A stretch of 64,000 bases of DNA from Nymphaea colorata (taxonomy: Eukaryota): positions 11,718,001 to 11,782,000 of the forward strand of contig NC_045138.2 of assembly GCF_008831285.2 (NCBI RefSeq), read 5' to 3'. A program made the position numbers and the translations under genes. Positions within the stretch are counted from its first letter, which is position 1; each line of letters begins with the position of its first letter. The notes under the pieces were generated by a model that saw only the letters and a list, made by a program, of their open reading frames with translations, was not told where the DNA came from and made no database searches. Shown here one piece after another: positions 21,856 to 32,776 of this stretch.

Positions 21856-24293
21856 GGGGGGGGGGGTAACGCACCTAGGTAGTCATATTCACACCACCCA
21901 AAAAATGAAATGTTGTCACGTAGACGAGGCACTCAATTCATAAGCATTTTTTAGCATGTTGTAGTGCATGGTCTCTTCGAAGTCACAGCCAAAGTTGCAC
22001 AAGTTTATATTTGTCAGCCCTGCCTCACTAACTTGCTTCACTAAGATTAAAGATGTAGAATAGCTTTGAGAATACAACTACATGTATCTGTGTGGGGGCA
22101 TTTGATTGCATAGGATTCCACTATAGAAGTGGAATATAAATTGAAAATTTTTGAAAAACTGCATGATCCATCAAATGCTGGGAAAAAATGAATGATGACA
22201 TTTTAGACGAAGAACTAGGATTCTTTTCCCATAATGAATGTCACACACTAAGGAGTGGGACTTCTTTTCCAGGTAAAAAACGCAGAGATCTTGACCTAGA
22301 GAGTCACCTCGCTCAGCAGCTCGGCAACACAAACAAACTCACCTGGAACTCCTCAGTGAATGTAGATGCGTTTGGCAACCACCTCACCCTCTTTGGCAAG
22401 CACCAACTCGACCCTTTCATCAACCTCCACCACTCCATGTGGATGGTTGATATCTTAACCACCCTGATGTCAAAGATATCTGGCCGAGGCCGGTCAGATA
22501 TCTGCAAAAGGTTGCAAAAGCTCTTGGTGACACAGAGGATGATCCTCTTGCCCTTCTTCTTCAAATGGATGTTCGTCATAATGGTGTTACCCATCCAAGT
22601 CCAACGAATCCTCTTGGTGGGGATCTTCACCGACTGTAGGGTTGGCTCCTAGAAAACTCAAGTATACAATGGATGCCCCCTACAAGGGCATTCTCGTAGT
22701 TCATTGGGTCGATGGAGAGGAGCTTCATCACTGTCATATCCGCCTTGTAGGGAACTTCGACGTAGATGTCTGTGAAGGTTCCTTCCCTATCTATGCATAA
22801 CCTAAACTTCCCATACTTTGCAACCTCCATCTCTTCAATTCCAAACTTCAACTCTTAATGTTCACTCGATCAATTGTCAAGCAAACAACATACTTTGCTA
22901 TTTAGCAAATGATCAATGCCCAAACAAACAACTTCTTGTCCACACTTTCTCAACCTTTCAAAGCCCATTGCAACAAGCAGGGACTCTTCCTTCTCTAATA
23001 AAGCCTTTTCAACAGTTCTACTTCTACCATCAAATGATGCACAAGAGAGGAAGAGGGAGCACATAAATGGCAGAAAATTAAATGGGCTTTTTTTTTTCTT
23101 TTTTTTTTCTTCCCTTTTTCCCCAAAGGTTGGAAGTAGAAGGTGCAAATAGAAGTTGTCAATATCCAAGTTCAAGTTTATGAATCACTCAAGTTATAACC
23201 ATCCAATTTCTTGCATGTCAAAGATTCTTAATGCATTGTACAAGCTTGCAAAACTCAAAGAGACATAGGAGCATGCTAGGCAATGTTCTTTCTTTTTTCC
23301 ACCATTCGACTGTCTTATGATCGAACACCAGAATAAGGTCTGTGGTGTTATTATTCCAAACATTCAAACAAGGGGTGAATTTGGAAAGAGAAAAAAAAAT
23401 ATTCATCCACCTTAATCCAAGAAAACAATCATAGAATTCAATTCCCATATTAATTTTTGGAGTCATCAAACACTACCTATGTTTCCCTTTTTTACTAACG
23501 TCCCAAGTTGGATCCCAATCAGTTTTCTTTGGAACTCAAAAGTCAGGAAATTCATGTGATTCTCCTACATGTTCTTCAATTTAATTTACCAATCAGCAAT
23601 TATACGCATACAAGTACACACCACTTAACGTGTAAATAACAATCCAGTTTCCCATATACAAATAAAAGTGACAGATGAAACAAACTTACATGGTTATTTC
23701 AATATCTGGCAGCTCAGAAATAGACTCTGCTGAATCAAGTGCATTTTCGACCAGCTCACGTACCGTTGTATACAGAGACTTCCCTGGCTGCAATTGATCA
23801 TTCAACAACCTGAATAAAACTCATTTCTCCATCTTGCATCAAAAGGTGTTGGCATTCGTCCATAACTTATCCAGAAAAAGGACAGAACTTTACTCTAAGA
23901 TGAACCAGAATACAACATTCCCAACTTAATCCTCATTTCTAAGTAACTTTGTTGATCCAAGGAGCTTACGTTATCGAAACCTGCGATGTTTTTGTTCTCC
24001 GCAAAGAACTCCGCCGGTGACTCTAAACCAAAAACATCGAAAGCAAGAAATTAAGTTGGAACAACCAAAAGCCCGGAAGTTATTTCTACGGGTAATAAAG
24101 AACTAATGCAGCATAGGGGTAAAACTGCAGAAGAGTACCAGACAACTGGGGAAAAGCAAGACAAAAGCAAAAACAGGGAAATGGAGAGGACGGAAAGGTA
24201 CATACTCTGCTTGAGAGTGGTTTCTTTGAGCCTGCCTTGCTTGGAGCCTTTTCGCTCCATCGGACTCACGCTGTGGCTTTCATCTAAGTCCAT
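1472..24293 (-). CDS. TOP6B: DNA topoisomerase VI subunit B, N-terminal GHKL ATPase region; coding exons 1-6, gene continues beyond the left edge
   Basis: Exons 24293-24206, 24022-23970, 23787-23690, 5437-5332, 5128-4991 and 1523-1472 all have GT-AG boundaries and consistent phases. They splice to MDLDESH...[96 protein letters not shown]...[22 protein letters not shown], matching plant TOP6B (GHKL motifs ELVENALD and DNGKG). Confidence 0.96.
2100..3000 (+). mobile_element. Highly degraded Ty3/Gypsy pol remnant (RT connector / RNase H / part of integrase) in TOP6B intron 5
   Basis: Frame-broken motifs [12 protein letters not shown]...[13 protein letters not shown] and ...[18 protein letters not shown] resemble the Gypsy RRFI..FS.IA.P...L.SAPVLALP and ELNMRQRRW.ELLKDY motifs; boundaries approximate. 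Confidence 0.55.
4991..5128 (-). CDS. TOP6B: TOP6B coding exon 5 (KRLAKEA...FRVTCK)
   Basis: AG acceptor 5130-5129, GT donor 4990-4989, 46 codons in frame. Confidence 0.93.
5332..5437 (-). CDS. TOP6B: TOP6B coding exon 4 ([14 protein letters not shown]...AKARE)
   Basis: CAG acceptor, GT donor; phase 2 matches the end of exon 3. Confidence 0.93.
6011..7415. mobile_element. Non-autonomous hAT-type element
   Basis: Imperfect 15-bp TIRs CTATGTTGTCAAGGC / (rc) CTATATTGTTAAGGC; perfect 8-bp TSD TAAAAGAT (6003-6010, 7416-7423); subterminal CCTAGG motifs. Confidence 0.85.
6728..7102. mobile_element. hAT-like MITE nested in the 6011-7415 element
   Basis: Ends CATAG.../...CTATG; 8-bp TSD CGTATAAC (6720-6727) vs CATATAAC (7103-7110), 1 mismatch; AT-rich interior with CGATA repeats. 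Confidence 0.6.
7469..7888 (+). repeat. 5' LTR of Copia A (420 bp; three ~60-bp tandem units in U3)
   Basis: Direct repeat of 20266-20686; about 19 substitutions plus 1 indel by manual count. Confidence 0.95.
9260..14446 (+). mobile_element. Ty1/Copia LTR retrotransposon 'B' nested in the protease-integrase linker of Copia A
   Basis: LTRs 9260-9499 and 14218-14446; TSD GATAC (9255-9259, 14447-14451); degenerate PBS TAATATCAGAGCC; PPT GAGGGGGAG. Gag (ENYLRWS), protease ([10 protein letters not shown]), integrase ([24 protein letters not shown]), RT (YVDDM) and RNase H ([14 protein letters not shown]). The host reading [16 protein letters not shown] resumes after removal. Confidence 0.96.
16831..19851. 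mobile_element. Non-autonomous hAT element (Pack-type, carries host-gene fragments) inserted in the RNase H region of Copia A
   Basis: Ac-like TIRs TAGGGGTGCAAA / (rc) TAGGGCTGAACA; 8-bp TSD TCTTTATA (16823-16830) / TTTTTATA (19852-19859); dense TCGAGC subterminal repeats at both ends. The host frame [16 protein letters not shown] resumes across it. Confidence 0.9.
18976..19294 (+). pseudogene. Captured two-exon fragment of a plant gene resembling the At3g59300/At3g49140-type FMN-binding split-barrel family
   Basis: ttgcag|[18 protein letters not shown]|gt, an 80-bp intron with CTGAC branch point, then ag|[62 protein letters not shown]|gt. Spliced in frame with no stops. The family call is from memory of the R.ALTGD and SRSENL..LL.G...Y.IYKFN motifs. 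Confidence 0.65.
20266..20686 (+). repeat. 3' LTR of Copia A
   Basis: Direct repeat of 7469-7888, followed by TSD AAAGT. Confidence 0.95.
21036..21091. repeat. (TA)n microsatellite
   Basis: Seen directly. Confidence 0.95.
21094..21418. mobile_element. Probable MITE inserted in a TA microsatellite
   Basis: Imperfect TIRs TATAGTCACAAA / (rc) CACAGTCATAAA, flanked by (TA)n on both sides; TSD obscured by the repeat. Confidence 0.45.
21839..21866 (+). repeat. Poly-G run (~28 nt) adjoining (TG)n
   Basis: Seen directly. Confidence 0.9.
22290..22830 (-). pseudogene. OXP1: Decayed N-terminal fragment of 5-oxoprolinase (hydantoinase/oxoprolinase N-terminal domain) inside TOP6B intron 3
   Basis: [27 protein letters not shown]...[24 protein letters not shown] / [49 protein letters not shown] / [11 protein letters not shown] matches plant OXP1 (KLRFCIDRGGTFTDVYAE..KLLSVDP.NY.DAP.EGIRRILE..KIPT..I.WIRMGTTVATNALLERKGERIALCVT.GF.DLLQIGNQARP.IFDL..EVDERV). 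Has frameshifts and stops; truncated. Confidence 0.88.
23690..23787 (-). CDS. TOP6B: TOP6B coding exon 3 ([32 protein letters not shown])
   Basis: CAG acceptor, GTAAG donor; GHKL N-box. Confidence 0.96.
23970..24022 (-). CDS. TOP6B: TOP6B coding exon 2 ([18 protein letters not shown])
   Basis: TTTAG acceptor, GTAAG donor; conserved TopVIB strap motif. Confidence 0.96.
24206..24293 (-). CDS. TOP6B: TOP6B coding exon 1 (start codon at 24293)
   Basis: ATG...LKQ then A|GTATG donor; phase 1 matches exon 2. Confidence 0.88.
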
Positions 24294-24301
24294 TAGAGCT
24301 C

Positions 24302-24600
24302 CTAGACAAAACGCAGTCCAACTGTGAGAGCGCTGTCAATGTTCAAACCAACCAAGGAGTATAATATTTGGGTGTGGACATGGATGGATATCTTTCTTAA
24401 TTTCCGCATGAACGCAATGACCTTCATCAACTCAACCCGGAAATAAGGAGCTAAAAGCAGCCACGACAAAGGAAAGAGGACCCGCACCTGGAGATGACCT
24501 AGCTCGAGAGTCTCCCAGCAGGCTCCTTTCTTCGTCCCCTCCTTCTCTTCTTCTTCTTCTTCTTCTTCTTCTTCTTCTTCTTCTGTTATTTCTACTTTTC
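24302..24600 (-). other. Probable TOP6B 5' UTR with an intron (24487-24302) and a (GAA)n tract (~24546-24583)
   Basis: CAG|GTGCGG donor; TTTGTCTAG acceptor a few nt upstream of the ATG; GAA/CTT tracts are common in plant 5' UTRs. Confidence 0.5.
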
Positions 24601-25850
24601 TTCCTCTCCTTACCTAGACGTCGGATTTCGGAGATGCTTTAGAGGGGGCGGCAACTTTTGAAAAAGCGACTCCAAAACACCCGTAAAACTTACACCCAAA
24701 ATTGAAATTGGCGAGGGTAAAAAGTTTTCTCCTGCCCGTTAGTATCTCGACTCTGCTGAACTGTGCAGCCCGCACTTGACTTTGCTTCCACCCACCAAGT
24801 GCTGCTCCTCTGACGCGTTTCCGCTGGTGGTGTTCTGCTCGCTGCCTGGTTCTTCTCGCTGCCTAGTCCCTCTCACTGGGATCACACGGGTCAGCCACTT
24901 CTCCTCTTCTTCCTTCTCGAGGAGAGATTATATTAGAAGATCCTCCATCCGTCTCTTCTTCCTGTTTTAGTGTTTTTTTTTCTTCCTTTTTTAACATGGG
25001 AAGAGTATCGTTGCATCTTGTGGTTGTCTCTCTATTCTTCCCATTCTTCATCGGAACAATGTCTCTACTCACATGTTGTGAATGCTGATCATGGGGTTGT
25101 CAATTTGTGAATGCTGATCATGGGGTTGTCAATCTATGAATGCTCATCAATGGTTGTTCTAATTTTTTATCTTATTAATATGTGACAGGTTTATTTTTCC
25201 TGCAACAGGGTTAAGCAAATGCTGATCACAAGGTTTTGTAATGCATGTATTGTTATCTGAGATCATGATTGACCCAAAGGCAGATAATAGATTGTATATT
25301 CTATATGCATATTTGGATTGAAAAATTGGTTTTGAATGAAGGGGGTGGCCTCTTCTAAGTCCCTCTAGGTTCAATGGGCTTGGACTAGGGTCAGTCAGGT
25401 TGAGCTGGGCTTCAATCAGGTCCACTGAGTCGGGCTGGAGATGGGTTTTAGTAAGCTTGAGTCTGCTGAGCTAGGTTCAAGCCTAGATGGACCTAGATTC
25501 AATTGACATTGGAACAAGGTTTGTCTATGTTTGGCCAGTCTATGCCGACTTGGGTTTGATTGGGTGAGTCTGGGCTAAGTAAATTGGGCTTAATAGACCT
25601 GACCAGGTTTGCTTTAACTGAATCAAGTTAGATCAGGGTCAGGCTTTAGGGTTTGGCAACTAAGCTAATTCAACGCAACCTGATGTGGACCCACCGAATT
25701 CACCAACATGCCCCACAAGCCATTCCAAACTATGAAAATGTAGTGATATGGAGATTAAACCACATTCCAAACTATCATTGGACATGGCATTAAACTTATA
25801 AAAATGTTAAAATATAGAGATTAAACCGCATTTCAAACTGTCATTGGTCA

Positions 25851-25853
<3 letters not shown>

Positions 25854-25898
<45 letters not shown>
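25854..25898. repeat. (TA)n microsatellite
   Basis: Seen directly. Confidence 0.95.
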
Positions 25899-25900
<2 letters not shown>

Positions 25901-26742
25901 TTGAGAGTGAGTAGATCTAATTGTGATTAACCTATTCCCAACTTGATCGAGCTAAGTATGCATGATTGAGCCAAATTGAGTTTAGATATTAAAAATAGAG
26001 TGTGGCACACTAGTGATCTCCAAACATATGGAAACTAAATTAAACTGAATCTAGGGCAAATGAACTAGAGCTTAGCTAGAATTTAAGTGGTTATGGGTGT
26101 GATGAATCTTCCTTACGCTCAATATGAGTTAATTGCTTTTGGTCGAAAACGGGAGTGAGAGTGACCTAGTGCCTAGGTCGTAACTCTATGGAACTAACAT
26201 TTGGAAGTTGTACTTCATGAACCATTAAAGTTAAGCTGAACGCAGTATGTAGAACTTCTTGCATGATAAGTTTAAGAAGTATATAAAAAATTGAGCTGAA
26301 AATTGTTATTTATAGGGAAGTGGATGATGGATCCCACAAGGCTAAATGAAGTTGAATCGAGCAAAAATGAGCTTACTTGAGCATATGTTAACCAAAAACG
26401 ATACCCCTATGATTTAAATAGTCTAAAATAGACATGATTGTAGTTGCTATAGTCTTGGTTGATCAACTCTTAGGATTTCCATATGGTTCAGGGTTAAATG
26501 GCAAAGTTGACATAGTGTCGACTGGTAAACTAAGGTGTTTTTAAATTTTAGGTTAATGAAGCTCTAATTAGAGTGAAATGAGATAGTTTGACATTGTTCC
26601 TATGTGATGACACCAACACACATATACACTTGTTAAATGGTGTATAGTGGAGCTGTAATACAAAGTGAATTTTTTTGCACCTACATAATGGCATAGGGCT
26701 TAACATGTCCTATGAAATTAGTAAATAAGATACCAACATAAT

Positions 26743-27388
26743 TTTCACAACTTGGCTACCTCCCACATTGGGTGTAGGCTTCTAACTTATGCTCTAGTGT
26801 CAAAAAGACTAGAAATCAAGACAATCAATCACTTAACAACCCCTTAGGGAACATAAGTTTTTCACGTGTGGGAACCCAAGGCCAAATGTTAAATTGACTC
26901 TAATACCAAATGTTACAACCCAAAAATGACTCAATCCCACACTGGGCTCAAGTACTGTCCGATGGATTCCAACCCACCCACTATTAGTTTTAGTTTTAGA
27001 CCCAATAAAGTTAGGAACCGAACAACTAATCACTTAAAAGCCTCATTTATAAATTCTCAAAGTTCCTCACAATCATAGATACAAGACTAAGTTTTTCAAT
27101 GAAGTATTACAATTTACCCTCTTTTAAGGCACACATGTCAACGTGTGTGGGACCTCAAGTCTGAATGTTGAATTGACTTTGATATCAAATGTCACAACCC
27201 ACCTCACTCCTAGATTGGACTTGGTCTCCTACTCCGGCATATCCCAACTTGGCCCCTAGCAACTTCTACTTTAGACCCAAAAAAGTTAGAAATTATGACA
27301 AATAATCACTTAACATCCTCTTTTATAAGTTATTCAAGATTCTTCACAATCTTAGATATAAGACTTATCTTTTCAATGGTAAGCTACA
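26743..27388 (-). mobile_element. Old tandem-array TRIM (three ~200-bp LTR copies, the first partial, and two ~80-bp internal domains)
   Basis: LTR-like copies at ~26743-26843 (partial), 26911-27111 and 27190-27388 (TGT.ACAACCC...TACA). Reverse PBS GACTCTAATACCA (26896) and GACTTTGATATCA (~27175) precede copies 2 and 3; reverse PPT ATTTACCCTCTTTT at 27112. Flanks ATAAT/ACAAT are a possible TSD. Confidence 0.65.
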
Positions 27389-30139
27389 ACAATTAGTGCA
27401 TGGCACTCCCTATCCTCAACAAATAAGTTGTTGTAGACTAAGAAGCATCACATGTCTATGAGTGCATAACAATGTGGTGCATTTTACAAAAACAACATCT
27501 TATCATAGAGTTAAAATGTTTTGCATTACTGCATATACTTATGTATATACATAATGATTACACCCGGAGCCTAAAATTATAGGCTCCAAGAAATGGTGTC
27601 AACCTCTATTTCTTTCATAATTTGTTTCGCAACTCTTGGACTTGCTGCATGATCAATGTGCAAATTTTCCTACCTGGTGAGGACATGGAAAGCAAATAAT
27701 AGCAAATCGTCAAACAAACTATGAGTATCGCCTAAATTTTGAAGGCTTGTCGTTCATGTAATCCAAGATTATCATGACATATAACCAAATTATGAGCATG
27801 TGAGAATAAACTTTAGGAATACATGTTATTGAGGCATTGATGATTAGGTAGTTCTAAGGCAATATCATAGAAAACAAGCACATATGTTTTGGAATAATAA
27901 GTGGATGCTTGACCATTAAATCTACAAGTCTTGCTATGGTAAGGATGTATGCTGTCAGTATACAATGTATGTTCTAAAACAACAACAAACAATATAAAGC
28001 ACAGGACAGTTAGAGTGAACAAATGCATACAACCACACACATTCCTGAGCCACGAGAGGTAATACACCCATGAGGGTATATAGGACCGACTGTTGTGCAG
28101 CATAGGAAGGCACCAGGATGAAAGTGGTATGGGGCAACTCTGGCCATAAGTCCATAACAATGTGGCTGAAATGCCAGGCAATTTTTTTATGCTTGTCACA
28201 ATCAACTAACTAATGATTGAACTAAGCCATATTCATTTCTTACAATTCTAGAAGTCAGGGCCTTTTTGTTAACTGGACAGCGTCTAATGCATTTTTGCAT
28301 TGAAGGCACTTTTAAAAATATATTTTTATTGTAAGAATAGTTGTAACATGTACCAATAATAGAATAACCAAACTCAAGTATAGTAGTGAATATGGGTTGA
28401 TCCACTAAGGAACATGGTTTAATAATTTGATTTGATGATAATTGCTTGTACATAATTGCTGATGTATGAAAACTGAATGATGAATTGATGATGTGTTCTT
28501 GGTATGATGTTTATGGAATATGAGAATGATATGATATGGTTCCATGGGATGCATGACATATATGTTGTTTACATACAAAATTTTACATCATACAAGATCG
28601 TTAGTTGGGAAAACTTGTAATCGCTTCCATTAGATTACATGAGAATCCATGAAAAATGGGACTCGGCCCATCCGTCAATGTGTGACCATTCCTTGCACTC
28701 TTACAAGGGTAATCTAATCAATTACTAGACCTCATGATTTAATGTCCAATGATTGAGTATCATCCATTTCATAAATGCACCACAGCAAACATGCGCTGGA
28801 TTAGGAAAAGTTCCGGTTTTCAAATCTATTTGGATCTTTAGAATTTAGGGCTTATGAACTGGGAACACTCAAAGAGAGACATAGTTCATGAGCATTGTTC
28901 ACCATAGACCCATGCAGAAATGAGCCTAGGTCATCATGATCAACACAACTAGGCTATACACGATTAGGATGTGGTCAATAAGGGTTTAGGGACTTAGGTT
29001 GTGGCCCTAGAGATCCAAATTTTAATCAAGTTTATTTCATTGGAGATTCATATTGAGGTTCATGATGATCTAGCTAGAAATCCAACAACTTATATTAGTG
29101 ATCTAGTTAGTGATCCAAAGTTAAAAGTTTGAGTTCAAATCAAGGGATAGTTCTAAAGGCTCCAATGATCTAGCTCACATCAGTGGTTTAAAAAGTTCCA
29201 GTAATCCCATCTCTATTCAAAATGAGATCCAATTTCAAATATATGAAAAAATGATCCAGGTCAAAATAAAAATCAGGACCTACTGTCATCTAGGGTTTAT
29301 GAGATCCATATCTTGAGACTTGAGATCCCAAGTTTTTGGAGATCTATTACACTTTGTAATCCAAACTTGAAATTCAAACATTGTGTTCTAGATTTCATAT
29401 TGAAATTCGAAATATAGTATTCATATCCAATGTCATCATGCAAAGGCTGAGTATAAACAAGGTGCTCATATGCTAGGGCTGCTGTCTCAAGGCATGACAC
29501 TAGTCCTGCTTGACTTAGCTTCTCTGCAAGTCGTACTGAGTATGTGACATATGTCATAGTGTTGACTTAAAACTTAGTGCAACGCATGTATAGTATTAAA
29601 GACTTGCTTTGAAAGAAACTATATGATTTTATCATATGTGCATGCAAGTCTTTAATACATCTATGTATGTAGAGCTAGCTTAAAAATGATTTAATTGAAA
29701 TTCTCAGAGATATCGCACTCTCTCTTAGACAACCCAAATCCTTTGACCATGGTTGTACCTAAAAACAATTTGAGCCTGAATCCACCAAGTCGTGGGCACC
29801 GGTGCATGCAGCTGGGAGCCAACTGGTTGTTTAATGGTGTTGGCTAAGTTGTCCAAATTCAATTAGGAATGGCCCAGGGGCCAACCCAAGCTAAGAGTGC
29901 ACCTCGCCCATATAGTCTTCAGTGCAATGATGGAACGAAGCTTGAGTTTTCCACAGTCAATGACTTAACCCACATGCAAATTCACAAGTTTAAGCAAATG
30001 AGCAATGTTACAAAGTGATCGGCTTAACACTGCTCTGCCCATGTGGCGGCCACATGGGCTGAACCCACTTCTCATTGCATTCATGAGTTATTTGTCATTA
30101 GATGTTTAATATATAGTTAGAAATAAATGGATGGAGGGA

Positions 30140-30970
30140 ATAACCCGGCCCCTATTATGCAAGCCTAAAATATGATATTCATGTACATCGTTTGATTAAT
30201 AGTGATGCTACAGTGAGAATTACTTGTATTCTCATTCTCAGATTTGATGATGCGATACTTTGTTGCCCTGTCTTTTTTTAAGGAGCTCTTGTTGTTAGGC
30301 CTGAGCACCGGGCCAGGCCAGGCAGTCGTTGGGTACCTGGCCCCGAGTACGCTCGCCAACTTGGTTGGCCAGGTATCGTCGGGCCTGGCCCGGCCCGGCC
30401 CGGCCGACACAATAATAGGCCAGTTTCCAGTACCAAACCCGGTTCGTCGGGTGCCTAGTCGGCTCAACGATTTTGATTCTTTTGAACTTTCCAGTGAAAG
30501 ATTGAAGAACTGTGCCGTTGCCGTTGCCGCTGCCCGCCACCCGTCGGCCTCTACAACCATCACCGAACCTGCTGGCTGCTGGTGCTGCCTGTTCCTCTCC
30601 ATTCCTCATTTTGTGCCGCTTGAGTTTTAACAGTTTGACTTTGGAAGGCTGAAGCTGCTACCGTCACCGTCGCCCCTGACTTTTGAGTCCCTTCCACTTC
30701 CACTTGCTGTTTCAGTCGCTGTTGCTAACACCTGCTCTGCTCCTCTCCTCTCACCTAATTGAAAAAATATATATTAAAAAAATTTAATTACGTAATGTAT
30801 TTTTATGTTCGAGTTTAGTTTGGTCTTACTCGAATAAATTTGTTAGACTGTTACATGGCGCCCAGGCCCGACCCAGCTTGTTTAACTATTTGTAAACGGG
30901 CCGAGCTGAGTACTTATCAGCAAAAACTTTTCTGGCCTGGCATGGCCGGACCGGCCAACGCCCAGACCCA
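30140..30970. mobile_element. Degraded non-autonomous DNA transposon with GGCCCG/GGCCTGG subterminal repeats
   Basis: Clusters of GGCCCGG/CCAGGCC motifs near both ends around a GC-rich core; TIR and TSD not resolved. Confidence 0.4.
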
Positions 30971-32776
30971 CTTGCTGCGTATTTATAGTCTACATTTTGG
31001 TTTTGAGGGTTTTATTATATGTGTGAGTATATACTATTTTGCTATGCATATAAGTCAGTTTATTTTATACTATGGAATGGTTCATTAGAAGAATTTACAA
31101 TGCCCAATCTACACGCTCACTTAATTAGAGTAGAGCACATTATTTGCTTATGACAAGTCAAACCATGCGCCAATATGCAAATAGTTATTGTATTACATTG
31201 TAAGGTAGATCGTGCCATACGCTAATTACTTATAAACAAAATTTATCATACATGTATGTATGTATACCTCCACTGCACTTGTGGTTTGGATGGTATTTGC
31301 TTATAATAGCGTCATCACATCAAACTCCTAAACTCTGGCCACGCTTCCAATCGTCTACCAGGTGAATGTAGAGTAGAATTTGTTTATCTTGTGTCTAGAA
31401 TAAACAAACATTTTGATTGTCAATTTCCTTTTGAGTGGCAAGAGAAATGTTCACACTTGATCTAAAACAGTGATTCATGGTCCAATGTTCCTTGAAATGT
31501 CACATGTTATTGTGATGTGAAGTTTTGAATCTAAGTTTTCAATGCCATGAGTGGAGAAGAAGAGAGAGAGACTCAAAAACATGAGTTCGATACGCCCTAT
31601 TTTCGTTTTCCCAAATACCGAACCGGGTCGTACCTGCTGATACTATATCGAAACCGCATCTAAACATGAACCGGGTCCCCTCTGGAATCATCATTGTCTC
31701 TTTAAAAAGGCCTGCAAGGGAAAGTAGCGAGGGAAGAGACTGTGAGACTGTACGGTTTTTCTCTCGCTTTCTCTCTCGCTTCCTCTGGTTTGAAAGTACG
31801 GACTCTGAGCGTCTTTAATGGCTTAGGGTTTTGTTCAAAGAGGAGCTGTTTTTCCTTTTTTCCTTTTTTTTCTTGTGCTCCTCTTTTTGAGAGTTGCAAG
31901 TTCTCGGAAAATCTAGTCACTCGGCCATTCGGAGCAGGTTCGGGATCGCGATCTACGGCTGGGAACCCGGAATGGACGGAAGATGAACGGATAAGGTTTT
32001 GAGATTCGAGCGTCGCTCGCCTGGGGCTTCGTATCCTTTTTGGATATTCGGGATCGTTGGTTAAAAAAAAAAAGGATTTGAAATAGTGGGTGAAATTCCT
32101 GAAACGTCGGCATTTTGAATTTTTTTTCGCCTTCTTCCCTTTCCCTTGGCCTTTGATCTTAGGGTTTGTCGTCATGATTTTGAATTTGGCCGCAGCCTTT
32201 TCTTCTTTTCCTTGTCTGTAACTCCACAATCGAAAAGCAGAAGCGAAGGGAAGGATTGTAAAATCGCTCCATAAATTTGGGCCGTCGTAGTCTAACCAGT
32301 CCCCAGATTAGGCTCTCCGCTGCGGGAGATTGCTGGCTTTGAACAGGTTCTCCTCAAAAACGCATTTTGGGGCACATTTCCCTTTTTCCCCCTCTTTTTC
32401 TTGAGAGCGATCGGTTAAATATGTTCCCTCAGATGTTATTCCTGCAATGCAGCTTCATCCATCATAGAAAAATGCCGACTTTTCCGTGACCCCTGAAGCC
32501 TAAGGGCTCTTTTTCCTGCTGCCTGTTTTACTTCCATTCCTCCACTCTTTTGGAAAGTAAATCTCTTCAGCGTAGGCTTCTAGTTTGCACATTTCCGTGG
32601 AATGCGGTCTCTCAGAAAGACAGATTTTCTCTTCGCCGGGCAGAACTAGGTCTTCTCGTTTGCTTTCTTCTGAACCTAGTTTGTCTGTTACCTTGACACT
32701 TTCATAAAGCGTAAACCAGGATTGCTTCGTTGTCTTCTACTTCTTGGGTGCCTGGTGTTGTTCTCTGTAAGGCGAA

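Noticed and set aside
24640..24720. E2F-like sites in the TOP6B promoter (ATTGGCGA, GTTGCCGC)
   Set aside because: Neither fits the WTTSSCSS consensus
27450..30050. Degenerate repeat-like DNA with scattered ORFs
   Set aside because: Probably old retroelement non-coding DNA, but no termini or protein motif could be established
30165..30630. Three overlapping 100-145-aa ORFs
   Set aside because: They arise from GC-rich repeat motifs with few stop codons; no domain similarity
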